This document shows, piece by piece, positions 53,142 through 64,000 of a DNA stretch of 64,000 bases. The DNA lies in contig OZ231126.1 of assembly GCA_965153355.1 (NCBI GenBank), forward strand, positions 6,882,001 through 6,946,000, written 5' to 3'. How positions within the stretch are numbered: the stretch's first letter is position 1; each line of letters starts with the position of its first letter. The translations under genes and the position numbers were made by a program. A model generated the notes under the pieces. It saw only the letters and a program-made list of their open reading frames with translations, did no database searches and was not told where the DNA came from. The stretch comes from Flaccisagitta enflata. Its lineage: Eukaryota.

Positions 53142-54965
53142 TGAATTGTAAGAGTTGCGTAGTGGTGTACCTCAATTTTTATTCAGGGCTAGATTAGGGA
53201 ATCTGGGTATAACCTTGTGAATGAAAAGAGTTGATCACTTATTGATAATCTACAAGCCGTCACTTGGCAGATATACGTTCTGCACAAGTGCATTGAGATG
53301 AATTGTAGTTATTGAAGTTCCGTCTGTCGTTTTAAACTGATAGTCCAAGACCTGCACTGAAACCTGAAAGGTCAAGTAGCGTCATTTGTTCTTTGCTTTA
53401 CAATTGTTTTTTTTCCATGTTCTGTTTTGTGTAGTTACGTATGTCTGTGTTTGTTTGCGTGGTGTGCATTAGTTAAGTATGCCTTGCCTCTTTATTGCCC
53501 TCGTTGAAATGAATTTTCTGTGAAGAAATACAAATGAAATACTGATCAGTAATGTCTCCCATGATCAATTGCAAAATGCTCGATGTCAGCGCTACTGTAA
53601 CACCACATGGGCGTCGGATATAGACAGAAACAGTGAAACTGTAGCTTCGGGGAGAGCATATATAATCAGTGAGTTTTTGTGGCTTTTTAGCATCAAGATA
53701 GATAGATAGAAAAAAAATCCCAGACTTTGCCAATTTTGCGTCAGATTCAGTCGGAATACGGTATGGCCAAAAATAGGGTACAGGACAATTTCTCGTGTTT
53801 TGAAACCAGTTTGGGAATTGGAGACTCGTCATCTCAGATGCCGAATAACTGAGAAGTGGAGAAACAAGCGAGAACAACAGGGATTGCAACAAGGCTGGAT
53901 ACGCGGCTACCCTAGTCGCGCACGGGTGGCCAGGATCAGTGACAGAAAAGGTCGCTGAGGCATTTGGGCAGGAGCAGTGACAGAAAAGGTCACTGAGCCA
54001 TTTGGGCAGGAGCAGTGACAGAAAAGGTCACTGAGCCATTTGGGCAGGAGCAGTGACAGAAAAGGTCACTGAGCCATTTGGGCAGGAGCAGTGAGCACAA
54101 AACGCTTAAAAACACAAAAAAGTAAAAAGGGTACCGACCGACCAACCAACCGAACAACGGAAGGACAAGGCAGGGTAAAGAGTCGCGTAGCACGCGATTA
54201 AAAATGTAACACCTGTCGCACAATTTTTGATAATGCCACAATAAAAGTCAAGTCATTAATTGCATCACAAGTATGGTTCTAGTTAGCCCAACAGGGCGAA
54301 ATTTTAACGTGAAGGATATATTTTAGGTAAAAAAAAAACGGAATGTTAAAGGTCCTTTGGGTGTTTTTTGGGCAGATTCAAGAACAAAGAACAAAGAACA
54401 AAGAACAAAGAACAAAGAACAAAGAAACGAACTAACCCTCTGACTGACATGCGAATAGAAGGCAAATACGGAACAATGAGAAAAATAATCGATCCAAACG
54501 GGTGAATTTAAATTTCCTATTGAAGTTTACTTCACCGATATCACAATAAATGGCTTGTTCTTAGTCATACCATTCATATTCATATTCATGAAATCTTCAA
54601 GTAATTTTCATAACATAAAAAACCCAAACGTGTAGCAAGGCCGTACTCCATTGACCGACAGACCGACCGGGTTTTTTTTTATGTTCTCTTTTAGTTCCTT
54701 CATTTCGTACATAATTTTCTAGGGAACCATAACAGCTGGAAATTGATGTCTTAGGCCAGGCTAAATTCATTTATTAATTCCTTTAATCTTCCATTTTTTT
54801 TTATGGTTAATTCATCATCTTTTTAAATTCAATAAATTGTCTTATCATTTCAAGCGGGCGATAATCTGGCTGATTTCAAACGTGCTTTCGATTACTCATT
54901 CAATTACTCATTAATTAACTCATTAATTCATTAATTGATTACATGATTTATTCATTCTGTTTCAG

Positions 54966-62254
<7,289 letters not shown>

Positions 62255-62657
62255 ACGCTTGCGGCGCCGGCCATCAATAAAAGTCCGAAATACCAGCACA
62301 CAAACAGAAAAAAAAAAACAAAAGATTCTTTTTTTTTTCAATCTTTTTCATTGAGATGTTTTTATACTTTCCTTTCTTCGTGGCTGTATGTGCATCATTG
62401 ACTTCCACCATTGTCAAATTTGTGGTTTTATGGTTTAGCCCCATCTATCGTCGTTTTCTTTCCAAATCAACGAGGTTGTACACCTTTTGTTTTACAAGGT
62501 GAGTGGTCGATGGTCGGCAAAGACATAACATTCCACATAACTAAAGGTTTTTGAAAATTGTATTCTTGCTTGTCAAAATATTTGCTCCATTTGCACATTC
62601 AAATTTTTTCGGTTGCAATTTTGTTTCATTGCACATAGATCTGTTTCGTCGCTCTGT

Positions 62658-63147
62658 TTCAAGGTGCGCCAAAGCACCTCTATAACAGGCTGTGTCCGTT
62701 GGTCGGTCTGTCCGTCTGTCTATCGGACGACGCATTCGTTCGACGATCCACACAGCGTACCTAATCGGCTTACTTTTCCTTGTTCTTGATTGATTTGTTT
62801 CATTGCTCTTTTGTCGCTTTTATCGGCATTTTGCGCTGATTTATCTCTTTTTAAGTGCGTCCTCGCACTTCTATATGAGGTCATGTCCGTCGGTCGGTTG
62901 GTTGGTCGGTCGGTCGGTCGGTTGGTCGGTCGGTCACGCAAACGTTTGAAATGCGCAAAACGGCTGATTCTGACATATTTCTTCAATCCTATCACCTTTC
63001 ATGCCTCACCACATTCATATTCATTCATTCAATCATTCATTCATTCAATCATTCATTCATTCATATATTCATTCATTCATCAAAAACGTTCAATCACAAA
63101 ATCTTAATCAAGCGAGGCGCACTTATTGGCCTTCACTTGGCCTTGTT
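62658..63147 (+). mobile_element. HINE-like family C elements (AGGTGCG...GCACCT head); also ~22715-22835, 31025-31138, 31890-31955
   Basis: Same architecture (head hairpin, GTCG/GTTG microsatellite, 3' GGCCTTGTT) with a different subterminal sequence. Confidence 0.6.
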
Positions 63148-63173
63148 CTTTTCTTTTCTTTTTTACAACTCAG

Positions 63174-64000
63174 AAGTTGGTTCGATTTTCGCGCCTTCGC
63201 CAGAATCTTCTCATGTAACAGAATATTTGGACCTCGACGAACTCATTCAAAGGCAAGCAGAGGAGGAAGAGGAGAAAGAGGAGCAACAGGAGCAACAGGA
63301 TGAGGAGGAGAATGCTGAAGACGAGGTAGATGGCGTCTTAGAGGAACAAGTTGTTCAGATTGTGAATATGATTGAGGAGGAACAAGAATGGAAAGAAGAA
63401 ATTAGGGGTGAGGAGCAGATGATGGAGGAGGAGAGAGAAGAAGAAGAAGAAGAAGAAGAAGAAGAAGAAGAAGAAGAAGAAGAAGAAGAAGAAGAAAAAG
63501 GAGAAGAAGAAGATGAAGCAGCTATGATGGCAAGGACTGAGTTGGATGCAACTAGAGTCGAGTTAGATACTGGTATTGCTGCTGACGTGGAAGAGGAAGG
63601 CGAAGAGGAAGAGCAAGATGCGATTGTAGTTCCTGGAACGCCTCGTCGGCGACGTCGACGGCGCGAGGCCAACGACGTCTGTTATCAATCAATCATGTGG
63701 AGCGCCTGCGGATCTGCGATCGGGAATAGGACGCGGGGCGGTGAAGTAATTGGCGGGGGTAGTGGAGGAAGAGGAGGAAAAAGTGGCGGTAGTGGTGAAG
63801 GAAGAGGAGGTGGAAGTGGCAGTGGTGGAAGAGGAGGAGGAGAGAGTGGCGGCAGAAGAGGCATCAAACACGCGCGGACCTCCGCATCCACCACTCAAAG
63901 TCGCGAAAAAAGCAACGAAGAATGTGGTTTTAGTGGTGGTGGTGCTAGTGGTGATAAAGGAGGACGTGAGGGTGTTAGAGTAGGCGGTGGTGGTGGTGGT
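63174..64000 (+). CDS. Putative large exon encoding an acidic (Glu-rich) then Gly/Arg-rich low-complexity region; runs off the window
   Basis: A strong polypyrimidine acceptor (tttacaactcag|) is followed by >820 nt of open frame: VGSIFAPSPESSHVTEYLDLDELIQRQAEEEE...VPGTPRRRRRRREANDVCYQSIMWSACGSAIG... No family recognised. Confidence 0.4.

Overview
Repeat-rich animal (invertebrate-like) genomic DNA with spliceosomal introns; no prokaryotic features. I reconstructed four multi-exon genes by hand with consistent splice phases: a secreted GH18 chitinase with a C-terminal CBM14 chitin-binding domain (minus, 1252-18214, 487 aa), a tetraspanin with a non-canonical CCI motif (plus, 31399-35418, 250 aa), a MATE/SLC47-family transporter (minus, 40187-49044, ~582 aa) and a 5'-incomplete CUB-LDLa single-pass membrane protein (plus, 54966-62254). 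An unassigned acidic/Gly-rich open exon runs off the right edge. Introns and intergenic DNA are packed with microsatellites, DINE-1/HINE-like (Helentron-associated) elements and TIR MITEs. The most striking signal is that in all four genes the exon-intron junctions are themselves tandemly amplified into the adjacent intron ('splice-site echoes'). At least 11 junctions are affected, with 2-25 copies of 40-190 bp units. The arrays create many decoy donors and acceptors, some frame-preserving and some inactivated exactly at the AG. All coordinates and counts were read by eye.
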